A stretch of DNA of 64,000 nt. It comes from an uncultured Actinomycetes bacterium. GTDB taxonomy: Bacteria > Actinomycetota > Thermoleophilia > UBA2241. Below are positions 51,335-60,971 of this stretch, piece after piece (position 1 is the first letter of the stretch; the number at the start of each line of letters is the position of its first letter). The translations under genes were made by a program, and so were the position numbers. The notes beneath the pieces were generated by a model, which did not search any database, was not told where the DNA came from, and saw only the letters and a list, made by a program, of their open reading frames with translations. Where the stretch lies: contig CAVRZA010000004.1 of assembly GCA_963725665.1 (NCBI GenBank), forward strand, positions 32,001-96,000, given 5' to 3'.

Positions 51335-52418
51335 GTGGCCACGATTGCCCACACCACACGGCGCCCGACGGCGCGCCGCGAGTGGCTTGCCACCAGTCGC
51401 GCTCGCGAGCGGGCACGGGCGGCGAGCGGTGCGCGTCTCTGGCCCCAGGCCGTTGCCCGGGGCGTGGCGCTGTTCTTCGGCCTCTTCTCCCTGTTCAACC
51501 TGATCGCCGAGCTGCGCCGCCCTGGCTTCGATGAGAACGTGTGGTGGCTCGACCTGCGACCGCTGCCGGCGACGGTGACGACCATCATCCTCGCGCTCGC
51601 GGGGCTCCTGCTGGTGTGGTGGGGGCTGAGGCCGGCGAGGGCAGGCTGGCGTCGCGTCGCGACGCCGGCCATTGCCGCCGGCCTCAGCCTGGTCGCACTG
51701 CACAACGGCGTGACGTTCTACCGTGTCTGGGAGGCGGGGCAGATTCGGCCCTGGATGCCGCTGCCGTTGTCGTTCGTGCTGGCGGCTGCGCTCCTCTACA
51801 TCGCCTGGGCCGCGGCGCGGCCCGCGCCGGCGCGCCGCGGGCGCTCGCACGGCGCTGCTGGTCGCGGCGGCGCTGGTCTTGTGCGGCATCCTCTTTCCGC
51901 TGGCGCAGCAGGTCTTCTTCGGCAAGACGACCTACGTGCGGCCGGCGCAGGTGGCAGTTGTTTTCGGCGCCCAGGTGCACAACAACGGGCAGCCTTCCAT
52001 CAGCCTCGTCGACCGCGTGCGCACGGCCGCGCAGCTCTACAAGGCAGGCCTCACCGAGCGTCTACTCATGTCGGGGGCCCAGGGTCCGGGCGAACCGGTC
52101 AACGAGACGGCGATGATGCGCTCACTGGCGATCCGCTACGGGGTCCCGGCGGCTGCGATCGAGCTCGATCCCAATGGGGTGAACACGGACGCCACGGTGC
52201 GCGACACGGTGGCGCTCCTTCGGGCCGCCGGCTACCGTCGGGTCGCGGTGGTGAGCGACTTCTTCCACCTGCCGCGCGTCAAGCTCGCCTACCAGCGGTC
52301 GGGCTACGACGTGATCACCGTGCCCTCGCACGCGCGCCGCATCCCGCAGACGACGCGGCTCGTCCTGCGCGAGATCCCGGCCTTCTGGGTGTACTACCTT
52401 CGGGCCGTCGTTCACTGA
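51335..52418 (+). CDS. Membrane-anchored YdcF/DUF218 protein (frameshift near 51840)
   Basis: AVVFGA, LLMSG, NETAMM, NTDAT, VSDFFHLPR, LREIPA. Confidence 0.8.
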
Positions 52419-52494
52419 CGAAGGATTGCGCCCAAAGCCTGCGCGCTGAGGTCCAGCTCTGAAGTCTTCTCGACCGGCACCCGCCGGCCTCACG

Positions 52495-54457
52495 ATGCCG
52501 GAGCAAGCGCCTCCGTCGCACGATCGCCGCCGTCAGCTCAGGCTGCTGCTCCTCAGCTTCCTGATGCTCTTCATCGAGCTCATGCTGATCCGCTGGGGCG
52601 CGGCCAACGTCCTCTATCTCGCCTACTTCACCAACTTCGTGCTGCTGGCGAGCTTTCTCGGCATCGGCGTCGGCTTCTTGCGCGCTGAGTCGCGAAGGGA
52701 TCACTTCGGGCAGGCTCCCATCGTCCTCGCGGTCCTCCTGGTCTTCGTCGTCCTCTTCCCCGTGCAGGTGGGTCACGGCGGCCGTGTGGTAGGGCTTTTC
52801 GGGTGGCCCGCCCTGCCGGTGTGGATCAGCCTGCCGGTCATCTTCGTGCTCGTGACGGCAGCCATGGCGCTGGTCGCCGAGGGAGTGGCGCGCACCTTTG
52901 CCACCTTCACGCCCCTCGCCGCCTACCGCCTCGACATCCTGGGGAGTCTGCTGGGGATCGCGGCCTTCTCGGGACTGGCGTTCCTCCATTCGCCGCCGGT
53001 CGTCTGGGGCGCCATCGTCGCGGTGGCCTTCCTCCTCCTGCTTCGCGGGCGCCTTCGGCCCGGGCAGATGGTGGCCTTGCTGGCCATCGTGCTCCTCTTC
53101 GGCGCGGTCTCTCTCACTCCGCGCCAGTACTGGTCGCCCTACTACAAGGTGAGCTTCTCGCACTTGCCTGAAGGGGTGGAGGCGATCAAGGTCAACGGTC
53201 TGCCGCACCAATCGATCTACCCCACGAGCCTGCTGCGTCAGCGCGACGCCTTCTACCTCTATCCTTACCGCCACCTTAAGGGGCGGTCCCTCGGCCGATG
53301 TCTTGATCGTGGGAGCAGGAAACGGCAACGACGTCGCCGTCGCCCTCTCGCAGGGCGCGCGGCACATCGACGCCGTCGAGATCGATCCGGTGATCCAGTC
53401 GATCGGCGCCCGCGACCACCCCGACCGCCCCTACCAGGACCCTCGCGTCAGCGTGCACATCGACGACGGACGAGCCTTTCTCGAGCGCAGCGACCACCGC
53501 TACGACCTCATCGTCTTCGCCCTGCCGGACTCGCTGACGCTCGTCAGCGGCCAGTCCTCGCTGCGCCTGGAGAGCTACTTGTTCACGCTGCAGGCCATCG
53601 AGTCCGTGCGACGCCATCTCCGCGCCGGTGGGGTCTTCACCATGTACAACTACTACCGACCCGACGTGTTCGATCGCTACGCCGAGACGATCACCAGGGC
53701 CTTCGGACATCCTCCCTGGATCGATCTCGGCCCCGACGAGCAGGGACCGCGGCGACAGGCCGTCCTGACCGTGGGACGGGCCGCGGGCGACATCTCCGGT
53801 GCGACGGCGTGGGTCTCCCCGCCGCGCGCTCCCCTGATCGCCACCGATGACTGGCCGTTCCCCTACCTCAAGTCCCGGACTATCCCGCAGTTCTACGTGA
53901 TCACTCTGCTCTTCATCCTCCTGGGATCGGCGGCGCTGACACGGTACTTCGGCGGGCGGTTCGGGGAGATGCGCCCCTACCTCGACCTGTTCTTCATGGG
54001 TGCCGCGTTCTTGCTGCTCGAGACGAAGAACGTGGTGCAGTTCGCCTTGTTGTTCGGGACCACCTGGTTCGTGAATGCGCTGGTGTTCTTCGGCATCCTC
54101 CTGGCCGTCCTGTTGGCCGTCGAGGTCGCCAGGCGCGTGACGCTGCCCCCGGCGAAGCTGCTCTACCTGCTGCTGACGGCGGCCCTCGTGATCGCGTGGC
54201 TGGTGCCCCCGGAGATGCTGCTCGCGATGCCGTTCGTGCCTCGTCTGGCCGCCGCCATCGGCATCGCTTTCGCGCCCGTCTTCCTCGCCAACCTCGTGTT
54301 CGCCCAGCGGTTCCGCGATGTCGGATCCTCAACGGTCGCCTTCGGCGCCAATCTCCTCGGGGCGATGGTGGGAGGACTGCTCGAGTACGCCGCGCTGATC
54401 ACCGGATACCGCGCCCTGTTGGTGGTGGTCTTCGTCCTCTACCTGCTGGCGTCTTGA
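52495..54457 (+). CDS. Polytopic membrane spermidine synthase-like protein (frameshift near 53295)
   Basis: WSPYYKV, IVGAGNGNDV, AVEIDP, DDGRAFL, ATDDWPF, GANLLGAMVGG. Confidence 0.82.
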
Positions 54458-54640
54458 CGGGTCCTGACGAGGCCGGCACTAGCCAAGGCGCTGCCGGGCA
54501 GGGCAGCAGCGGGGAGAGGTGCTTAGCGAGATGCCTCGGCAGCAGTAGGCGCAAGGCTGCGCAGGCTGTCGCCGCTCGCGGGAGTCCGAAACGGACTATC
54601 ATGGTGCGTTCCTGCACCCGGACAGGGAGATGTTGCCCGA

Positions 54641-55111
54641 ATGAAGATCCTCGTCGCCTTGCTTCATCTCGTCTTCGCCACGGCGTGGCTGGGGAGTGCT
54701 TTCTTCTACGTGCTCGTCCTCTCGCCCCGGGTGGCCGTTCTAGATACGGCCGGACAACGCGCCCTCGCCCGCTCGCTGCGCGGCGCGATGAGGCCGCTGC
54801 TCGGAGTGAGCGCCGTTGCGACCATCGTCACGGGGCTGGTGATGATGGTCCAGCTTCACCCGGTGCACCCCGGGCCCTTCGCGGCGAACCGCTGGGGGCT
54901 GTCGCTCATCATCGGCGCGATCGCCTCGGTCGCCGCCGGGGCGATCGCGCTCGGCATCGACATCCTCGTGCGCAGGAGGGGACGAGTCCCCGGCGGAGAA
55001 GGCGCCGTCACACTGGACTGGGTCGACGCGCGTGTGCGGGCGGCGCGCCTGACGGCCGTTCTTCTGCTCCTGGTCGCCCTGGGCACCATGGCGATAGCCC
55101 GCTACAGCTGA
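54641..55111 (+). CDS. Four-TM hypothetical membrane protein
   Basis: LHLVFATAWLGS N-terminus and four hydrophobic helices. Confidence 0.6.
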   Translation: MKILVALLHLVFATAWLGSAFFYVLVLSPRVAVLDTAGQRALARSLRGAMRPLLGVSAVATIVTGLVMMVQLHPVHPGPFAANRWGLSLIIGAIASVAAGAIALGIDILVRRRGRVPGGEGAVTLDWVDARVRAARLTAVLLLLVALGTMAIARYS

Positions 55112-55308
55112 CGCCCGGAAGGACTGGCTCGCACGCCTGGACGCGGAGGTCAAGCACCACACCAAGCCGCAATCGAGCCGAAAGCGGCGAATGACGCGGG
55201 GTGGCCAGCCTGACCTATGCTGAACGGATTGTCATCTTGCTTGGGATTTCGGGTTGCTTTTACAATGGGGTCTAACGTGGGATACTTGTCTTGCCGAAGG
55301 AGGATCCC

Positions 55309-55698
55309 ATGAGCATGCAGGTGACCGACGTCCAGGCGTGTCACGACAAGGCGTGGCACATGCGTTTTCCCCAGCTTGCCGGAGAGCTGCGTGAGCTCCT
55401 GGGCGCGAAGCTGGTCGCCTATATTGGTTCGGTGAGCGAGACGCGCGCCGTGAGGGAGTGGTCAGAGGGTCGGCGCGCTCCGGGCAGCAGCGAGGTGCAG
55501 CTCAAGCTGCGGCTGACCTACGAGATCGCAGCCTGCATTGCCGACACCGACGGACGCGAGATCGCCCAAGCCTGGTTCCAAGGTCTGAACCCGCTCCTCA
55601 ACGATGTCTCGCCGGCTCGGCTCCTGCGGGACGGTGAGTATGAAGAGGTCGGACCACTCATCCTCGCGGCCGGCCGTCAGTTTCTCGCGCAGGGGTGA
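55309..55698 (+). CDS. Xre/MbcA/ParS-type antitoxin
   Basis: LLGAKLVAYI, AVREW, AQAWFQGLNPLLNDVSPARLLR; GTGA overlap with the RES gene. Confidence 0.8.
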   Translation: MSMQVTDVQACHDKAWHMRFPQLAGELRELLGAKLVAYIGSVSETRAVREWSEGRRAPGSSEVQLKLRLTYEIAACIADTDGREIAQAWFQGLNPLLNDVSPARLLRDGEYEEVGPLILAAGRQFLAQG

Positions 55699-56384
55699 AG
55701 CCGGCTTTCCATACAGCCGGGGTACCCAGCGAGCTCTTCAGAGTAGGGCGGCGGCCCGACGTTTGGCACTGGACTGAGTGGGGATTCGTCGGCAACAACC
55801 GTTGGGACGATCCTCGGGCAGCATACAGGGTCCTCTACGCGAGCCTCTTGCGACTGGGAGCCTTCCTTGAGGTCCTTGCTCAGCTTCGGCCGGATCCGAC
55901 CCTTCAGGCGGGCCTTCGCGCTATTCGCTCAAACGACCGCAGCGCGCCGAAGACCACTCCTGCAGGAGGTGTCTCGGCTCGGTGGCGGCACGAACGGATC
56001 GCCGGTCGCGGAATCCCCGATGATGTCGAGGGCGCCATGGTCGTCATCGGCGCATCCGGCTCGATCGCTATGCTTCGCAGCAGGATGGGCCGGGTCGCTC
56101 GCCGGTTCGGGCTTACCGATATCGACGCCGCCACGATCCGTCTGACAGCCCCCCGGGGTTTCACCCAGGAGGTGTCGCGTTTCGTGTTCGATCGGGTCGC
56201 AGAGGATGGCGACCGGTACGGTGGGATCCTGTACCTGTCGAAGCACGGCGATGACGTCGTTAACTGCGCCATCTTCGAGCGGCAGGAGGAGTTCCCGGTG
56301 CACTCCCTGGAGCGAAGCAGCATCGAGGGCGACGACGAAGACTTCCTGAGAGCGTGTGAGATGTTGGGGCTGGTTGCGGAGTAG
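55695..56384 (+). CDS. RES-domain toxin
   Basis: NRWDDP, VLYAS, AFLEVL, GILYLSKHG, CAIFER. Confidence 0.85.
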   Translation: MKPAFHTAGVPSELFRVGRRPDVWHWTEWGFVGNNRWDDPRAAYRVLYASLLRLGAFLEVLAQLRPDPTLQAGLRAIRSNDRSAPKTTPAGGVSARWRHERIAGRGIPDDVEGAMVVIGASGSIAMLRSRMGRVARRFGLTDIDAATIRLTAPRGFTQEVSRFVFDRVAEDGDRYGGILYLSKHGDDVVNCAIFERQEEFPVHSLERSSIEGDDEDFLRACEMLGLVAE

Positions 56385-56421
56385 GAGGCCTTCCTTCCGA
56401 GGACGATCCTTCTGAGGTGGG

Positions 56422-56560
56422 TCACACCACGATCTCGCGACCTACGACCACCTCGCGGTAGCGGTCGCCGAAGGCCTCTCTGAACTGGCCCAGGGTCCAG
56501 TCGCAGCTGTCGTGGGCGGAGATCGCCACAAGCTTGGGGGTCCTTCTCCCTATGAGCGGT
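56422..56560 (-). pseudogene. C-terminal fragment of a probable MBL-fold hydrolase
   Basis: PKLVAISAHDSCD and FREAFGDRYREVVVG; no upstream coding body. Confidence 0.35.
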
Positions 56561-56669
56561 CTTCCTGCAAAGTCGGGGACACTCTGCAAATGTATCGCCC
56601 ACAATTCTCAGAGTTCACCTCACTTTGAAGACGCCGAGGTGAGGAGGGGACTCGAGGGGCCGAAGACGA

Positions 56670-57077
56670 CTAACGGTGTCGTTTGAGCAGCTCCTTTGCC
56701 TCCGCGAGGCTCAGTCCCTTCAGATCAGTCTGGGCGTAGCCCGCCGCCAGAAGCGCTTGCACGAGGCCCAATGGCAGGAGGTCCCCCTCGGGCCGCGGCG
56801 GCTGGTTGTCGGGGCGTTGTGGCGTCTTGCCCGTACGCAACGCTGACCGGAACTCACGCTCGGTCACGCACAGCTCGTGCTTGAGGATGTGGGCCGCCAT
56901 CTCGGGCGTGTACTCGCCGCGCCCCTTGGAGATGATCACGCGGAGAGTCGTGCCGTCGGGGAGACTCCTCGTCCATACCTCGTGCTTACGGGTCTTGCGC
57001 CCCGGCTTGTCTGAGGTGCGAGCCCAGCCGTCGATGCGACAGAACGCGCGCAGCTCGTCGTAGTCGATCGGCTTCAC
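56670..57077 (-). CDS. HicA-like toxin
   Basis: FCRIDGW, KHEVWTR, LRVIIS, HILKHEL; 4-nt overlap with the antitoxin gene. Confidence 0.7.
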   Translation of the reverse strand: MKPIDYDELRAFCRIDGWARTSDKPGRKTRKHEVWTRSLPDGTTLRVIISKGRGEYTPEMAAHILKHELCVTEREFRSALRTGKTPQRPDNQPPRPEGDLLPLGLVQALLAAGYAQTDLKGLSLAEAKELLKRHR

Positions 57078-57520
57078 GCGCTCTCGGTGTCAGCGGACGC
57101 CTCAGTATCGAGGTTAAGCATGGCCACGACCCTCTCCGCGTCGCCCGCCAGCTCGATGCGGCGTACATAGCCGACGTTGCCGCGATGGTTGGGCGTGTGG
57201 CGAAGGCGGTTCTCCCAGTCTTCGGCGTACTCGAGCATCACATCGGCCAGTTCCTGCAGCGCCTCTTCGAGCGTGGCCCCCACGGCGTGGGTGTTGAGCT
57301 CGGGGAGCCATAGACCCACGTCGTTCTCGCCCATCATGACTTGAGGGTGGAAGCGGTAGCCCGCACCGAGCAGCGTGCTGATCTCGTCGGCGTCGGCGAG
57401 AATGACCTCACGCCTGTTGCGCCGGCCGACAAGTTGCCAGTGGCCACGTTGTGCGCTGTCGAGGAGCGATGGGAGCTGTCTGCGGGCTTCGGTCACGGTC
57501 CACGTCTCCACGGAGGTCAC
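57074..57520 (-). CDS. Antitoxin with Phd-like N-terminus and HicB-like C-terminus
   Basis: TVTEARRQLPSLLD; GATLEEALQELADVMLEYAEDW. Confidence 0.75.
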   Translation of the reverse strand: MTSVETWTVTEARRQLPSLLDSAQRGHWQLVGRRNRREVILADADEISTLLGAGYRFHPQVMMGENDVGLWLPELNTHAVGATLEEALQELADVMLEYAEDWENRLRHTPNHRGNVGYVRRIELAGDAERVVAMLNLDTEASADTESA

Positions 57521-57558
57521 CTCTCGTCCAGATCAGAATAGCGTCTGCAGGGCGTATA

Positions 57559-57582
57559 TGTACATGATGTATCGATTGTACA
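57559..57582. promoter_or_regulatory. Probable TA operator
   Basis: Two TGTACA palindromes 12 bp apart just upstream of the antitoxin gene. Confidence 0.5.
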
Positions 57583-57639
57583 CCTGTTGACGTTGGTGTT
57601 GCGATCGGGGGCCTGCAGAGCGGAGGTTCATGCGACGAG

Positions 57640-58275
57640 GTGGCCGCCAAGGTCAGCGCCGCAGACCTGCTCGACGTGGGAGCCGACCCGGCCGCGGTCG
57701 ATCGCCTGCAGAAGGCGATCGCCCCCTTTGGAGCCGCCGCGGCGGCCTATGAGGCCGTCAAGGGGTCGATCCCGGTGTGTGGGCAGCCGAGGGCAAACCG
57801 GATCCTGTTGCACATCCAGAAGCTGCTCAACGGCAACTTCACGGCCCTGACCGCCTGGGACACGACGTGCTACCCGCATGAGCAGGTGTTCGCGGACCTG
57901 CAGTATCTCGAAAGCGCCATCAAGGCGCTCGAGGCGGCGACGCCGGGCTCGCCCGTGTCCACGGCGCTCGACGACTTGAGCAACGTCGCCGTGACCTTCA
58001 ACGGCCTGAACTTCAGCTACGACGTCTACACCTTTGACCTGACTCGCCGGCTGCCGTCCTACTACCGCGCCGACTGGGGCGCCCAGGGACAGCCCGTTCA
58101 CTACCTCGACGTGATCCCGCAGTACCGGGCGATCGAGGGCGGCACCTGGGATGAGCAGACGGTGAGCGAGCTGAAGGCGATGCGTGACCTCGACGTCTCT
58201 GAGCTGAACTGCCGGCTGAAGCGGATGTCATGCGCGCTCGAGAAGGCTGCAGCTCTCGCGGGGTGGCTCGATTAG
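57640..58275 (+). CDS. Hypothetical protein, probably the 3' remnant of a larger gene
   Basis: Coding-like codon bias begins abruptly near 57630; weak start context. Confidence 0.45.
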   Translation: MAAKVSAADLLDVGADPAAVDRLQKAIAPFGAAAAAYEAVKGSIPVCGQPRANRILLHIQKLLNGNFTALTAWDTTCYPHEQVFADLQYLESAIKALEAATPGSPVSTALDDLSNVAVTFNGLNFSYDVYTFDLTRRLPSYYRADWGAQGQPVHYLDVIPQYRAIEGGTWDEQTVSELKAMRDLDVSELNCRLKRMSCALEKAAALAGWLD

Positions 58276-58326
58276 GCCGCGAGACTGACTCGGCCGTCTT
58301 CGACGCAACGGGGTTAGGGAGACGGT

Positions 58327-58369
58327 GAGGGGGCGGGGAGCGAGCGTCACGCTCGCTCCCCGCCCCCTC
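58327..58369. repeat. Perfect 20-bp-stem palindrome (REP-like or terminator)
   Basis: GAGGGGGCGGGGAGCGAGCG-TCA-CGCTCGCTCCCCGCCCCCTC. Confidence 0.75.
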
Positions 58370-58464
58370 CATCTGCACGGCGCGAGTCCCCGCGGTGAGA
58401 AGCGAGACGCCGCGTGAGCGCCGCGACGCTATAATCCTCCTGCGCGGTAGCCTCCTAGCGGGAA

Positions 58465-59244
58465 GTGCGCTTCTTGAGGGTCCTCTTCATCGGCGAGATC
58501 TTCGGCCGGCAGGGCAGCGACGCCGTGCTGCGTCGGCTCCCCAACCTCGTCGCAGAGCGTGGCATCGACGTTGTCATCGCCAACGGCGAGAGCGCCGCCG
58601 ATGGAGCGGGCATCAGCCTGCGAATGGCCGACGCGCTCCTCCAAGGCGGGGTCGACGTCATCACGAGCGGCGAACAGATCTGGCGACGAAGCGACATAGC
58701 GCCCTTCCTCTCCAACAGCGATCGCATCCTGCGACCGGCGAACTACCCGGCGAGCGCTCCCGGCCGTGGGCTGACGGTATGCCGCCGCTGGTTCGGCGAG
58801 GTCGCGGTGATCAACGTGATGGGCAAGCTCTTCATGGGCAGCGGCCTCTCGCCCTTCCGCATCATCGACCGCCTCGTGAAGGAGGCCGGCACGCTGGCCG
58901 ACACCATCGTGGTAGACGTGCACGCCCAGGCGACCAGCGAGAAGGTGGCCATGGGCCTCTATCTCAACGGGCGGGTGACGGCAGTCATCGGCACGCACAC
59001 GCGGGTGCAGACGGCCGACGAGCGCGTCCTCTCCAAGGGCACCGCCTACATCACCGATGTGGGCATGACGGGCGCCGTCGAGTCGGTCTTGGGCGTCAAG
59101 GCCGACGTCATGGTGCGCGAGTTCACGACGCAGATCCCCATGCACCTCGAGGTCGCCGAAGGGGCCGTCAGGATCGATGCCGTGGTGATCCATTCCGAGG
59201 GCGGGCGGGCAACCGCGATCGAACGCCTTCGGGAGACGGTCTGA
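58465..59244 (+). CDS. ymdB: YmdB/TIGR00282 metallophosphoesterase
   Basis: IANGE, ILRPANYP, VDVHAQATSEK, GTHTRVQTAD, TDVGMTG. Confidence 0.85.
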   Translation: MRFLRVLFIGEIFGRQGSDAVLRRLPNLVAERGIDVVIANGESAADGAGISLRMADALLQGGVDVITSGEQIWRRSDIAPFLSNSDRILRPANYPASAPGRGLTVCRRWFGEVAVINVMGKLFMGSGLSPFRIIDRLVKEAGTLADTIVVDVHAQATSEKVAMGLYLNGRVTAVIGTHTRVQTADERVLSKGTAYITDVGMTGAVESVLGVKADVMVREFTTQIPMHLEVAEGAVRIDAVVIHSEGGRATAIERLRETV

Positions 59245-59544
59245 AGCGTTCTACTGGTGGGCTTGCACGATGGCGCGACCTCGGAAGGCGCCGAGCGCAA
59301 TGGCGTACAAGCCGCGCCACTCTGGACTGCCGTTTCGGCCGCGGAGGGCGCGTTCTGAGCGCATTGCGTCGGGGTAGACTTACTATTGCCACCGTCGCCT
59401 GCTGTGCTTCGGATGCGGTACTCGCTGTGCATGGGTGGGACCACAGCAGGCGGCGGGGCGGGGGTGCACAGGTAAGTCATGGGTGGCTCGTCCTCGAACC
59501 CGAAGGTCACACGGCGCCGCTTTCCTGGGGTCGTACGCCGTGTC

Positions 59545-60363
59545 ATGTGGCTGCGGCGGCACCGCCGCTTCGTGGTGGCGCTCACCGCTGCCAGCATCCT
59601 CGCGGCCCTGATCCTCGACATCGTCATACCGGGCTACGCGATCGCGGGCTTCTACCTCTTCCCCGTCATGCTGGTCGCCTTCACGCTGCGCGAGCGATTG
59701 GCCATCGCGGTCAGCGCGCTCTGTCTGGCACTCACGGTCTCGGTCATGGTGCTCCAGGGCCGCTCCAACGGCCAGAACATCCTGCTGATCGTCTTCGGCG
59801 TCCTGGGCGGAGCCGGGCTGATCGCGCTCGCCGACCTGTTCAACCGCGTCGACGAGCTGTACGAGTCTGAACGCTCGACCACGGTGAGGCTGCAGTACAT
59901 GACGGCGCGACTGGAGGCATTGCAGGAGGTCCTTGTGGCGGTCAACAAGCTTGTGACGCCGCAGGCGATCCTGGACCGGGTAGTGAGGTCGGGGGCCGAG
60001 CTTCTCAATGCCGGGTGCGTCGTTGTGACCCGTGATGGTCTCACGTCACGGACCCACGCGATGTGCTCGCCGTATGCGGAGGGCGGGGAGGAGTCACCGG
60101 CCCCGGTCGACGAGGCCTTGTTGTTGCAGTCGATCGGTGATGGCGCGGGCGGCACGCAGGATCGAGCCGCGATCGGCGGCCGCGTGCACCGCGTGTCGCT
60201 GGACGCCCGCCTCCTTGGCGCCGACGACCCTGGAGCTGAGGCGGCCATGGTCTTCGTGCGGCGGCCAGACGAGCCCGAGTTCGACCGAGAGGATGAGACG
60301 CTGGCGGCCACTCTGGCAGCCCTGCTCACTGCCGGTCTCGACCGCACGACGGCGCAGGTCTGA
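59545..60363 (+). CDS. Membrane sensor-like protein (4 TM, coiled coil, GAF-like)
   Basis: Four hydrophobic helices; ILDRVVRSGAELL and FDREDETLAATLA are typical GAF borders. Confidence 0.55.
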   Translation: MWLRRHRRFVVALTAASILAALILDIVIPGYAIAGFYLFPVMLVAFTLRERLAIAVSALCLALTVSVMVLQGRSNGQNILLIVFGVLGGAGLIALADLFNRVDELYESERSTTVRLQYMTARLEALQEVLVAVNKLVTPQAILDRVVRSGAELLNAGCVVVTRDGLTSRTHAMCSPYAEGGEESPAPVDEALLLQSIGDGAGGTQDRAAIGGRVHRVSLDARLLGADDPGAEAAMVFVRRPDEPEFDREDETLAATLAALLTAGLDRTTAQV

Positions 60364-60518
60364 GAGCGCGCCGCGATACAGTCGTCAGAGGGCGACCGGT
60401 CACGGTGTCTGAGGCCCGTCGATCCGACGCGCACCGAAGAGCCTGACGCGTCTGCCTGTAGAATCGGATCGGCGACGCTGGTGCCGGGCGCGTACCAGGG
60501 ACGGGAAAGGTGGCGGTC

Positions 60519-60806
60519 ATGGCCTACGTTCTCATCGAGCATCTGGTGGGCGACTACGAGACGTTCAAGAAGGTGTACCTAGACGACGGCGAGCGTCGCC
60601 AGAGGATCGGCTCCAAAGGCGGGAAGGTCTTTCGGGCGAGCGACGATCCGAACGACATCATCATCGTGCTCGAGTGGGACGACATAGCCCACGCGCGCGA
60701 GTTCGCCGCTTCGCTGGAGCTGCACGAGGCCATGCAGTGGTCGACCAGCAACGTCGCCACTCCGCGGGTCACGGTCATGGAGCACGCCATGGACTCGGAG
60801 GCCTGA
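60519..60806 (+). CDS. Dimeric alpha-beta barrel (ABM/cyclase-like) protein
   Basis: HLVGDYETFK, VFRASDDPNDIIIVLEWDD. Confidence 0.7.
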   Translation: MAYVLIEHLVGDYETFKKVYLDDGERRQRIGSKGGKVFRASDDPNDIIIVLEWDDIAHAREFAASLELHEAMQWSTSNVATPRVTVMEHAMDSEA

Positions 60807-60971
60807 GCGTCAGAGGCCAAGCCTCGGAGGCGTGATCGGGCGGGAGGCCGCGCGGGCGAGATCACGGCGTCGTCTTTTGAGTCGCGCCTCTTTCTCGTGC
60901 CACGAACAGGTGTTCGCTTTGGCATGGCGAATTGATACTCTTCCTGGGTCAACGCAACAGAGGAGGTCGCC

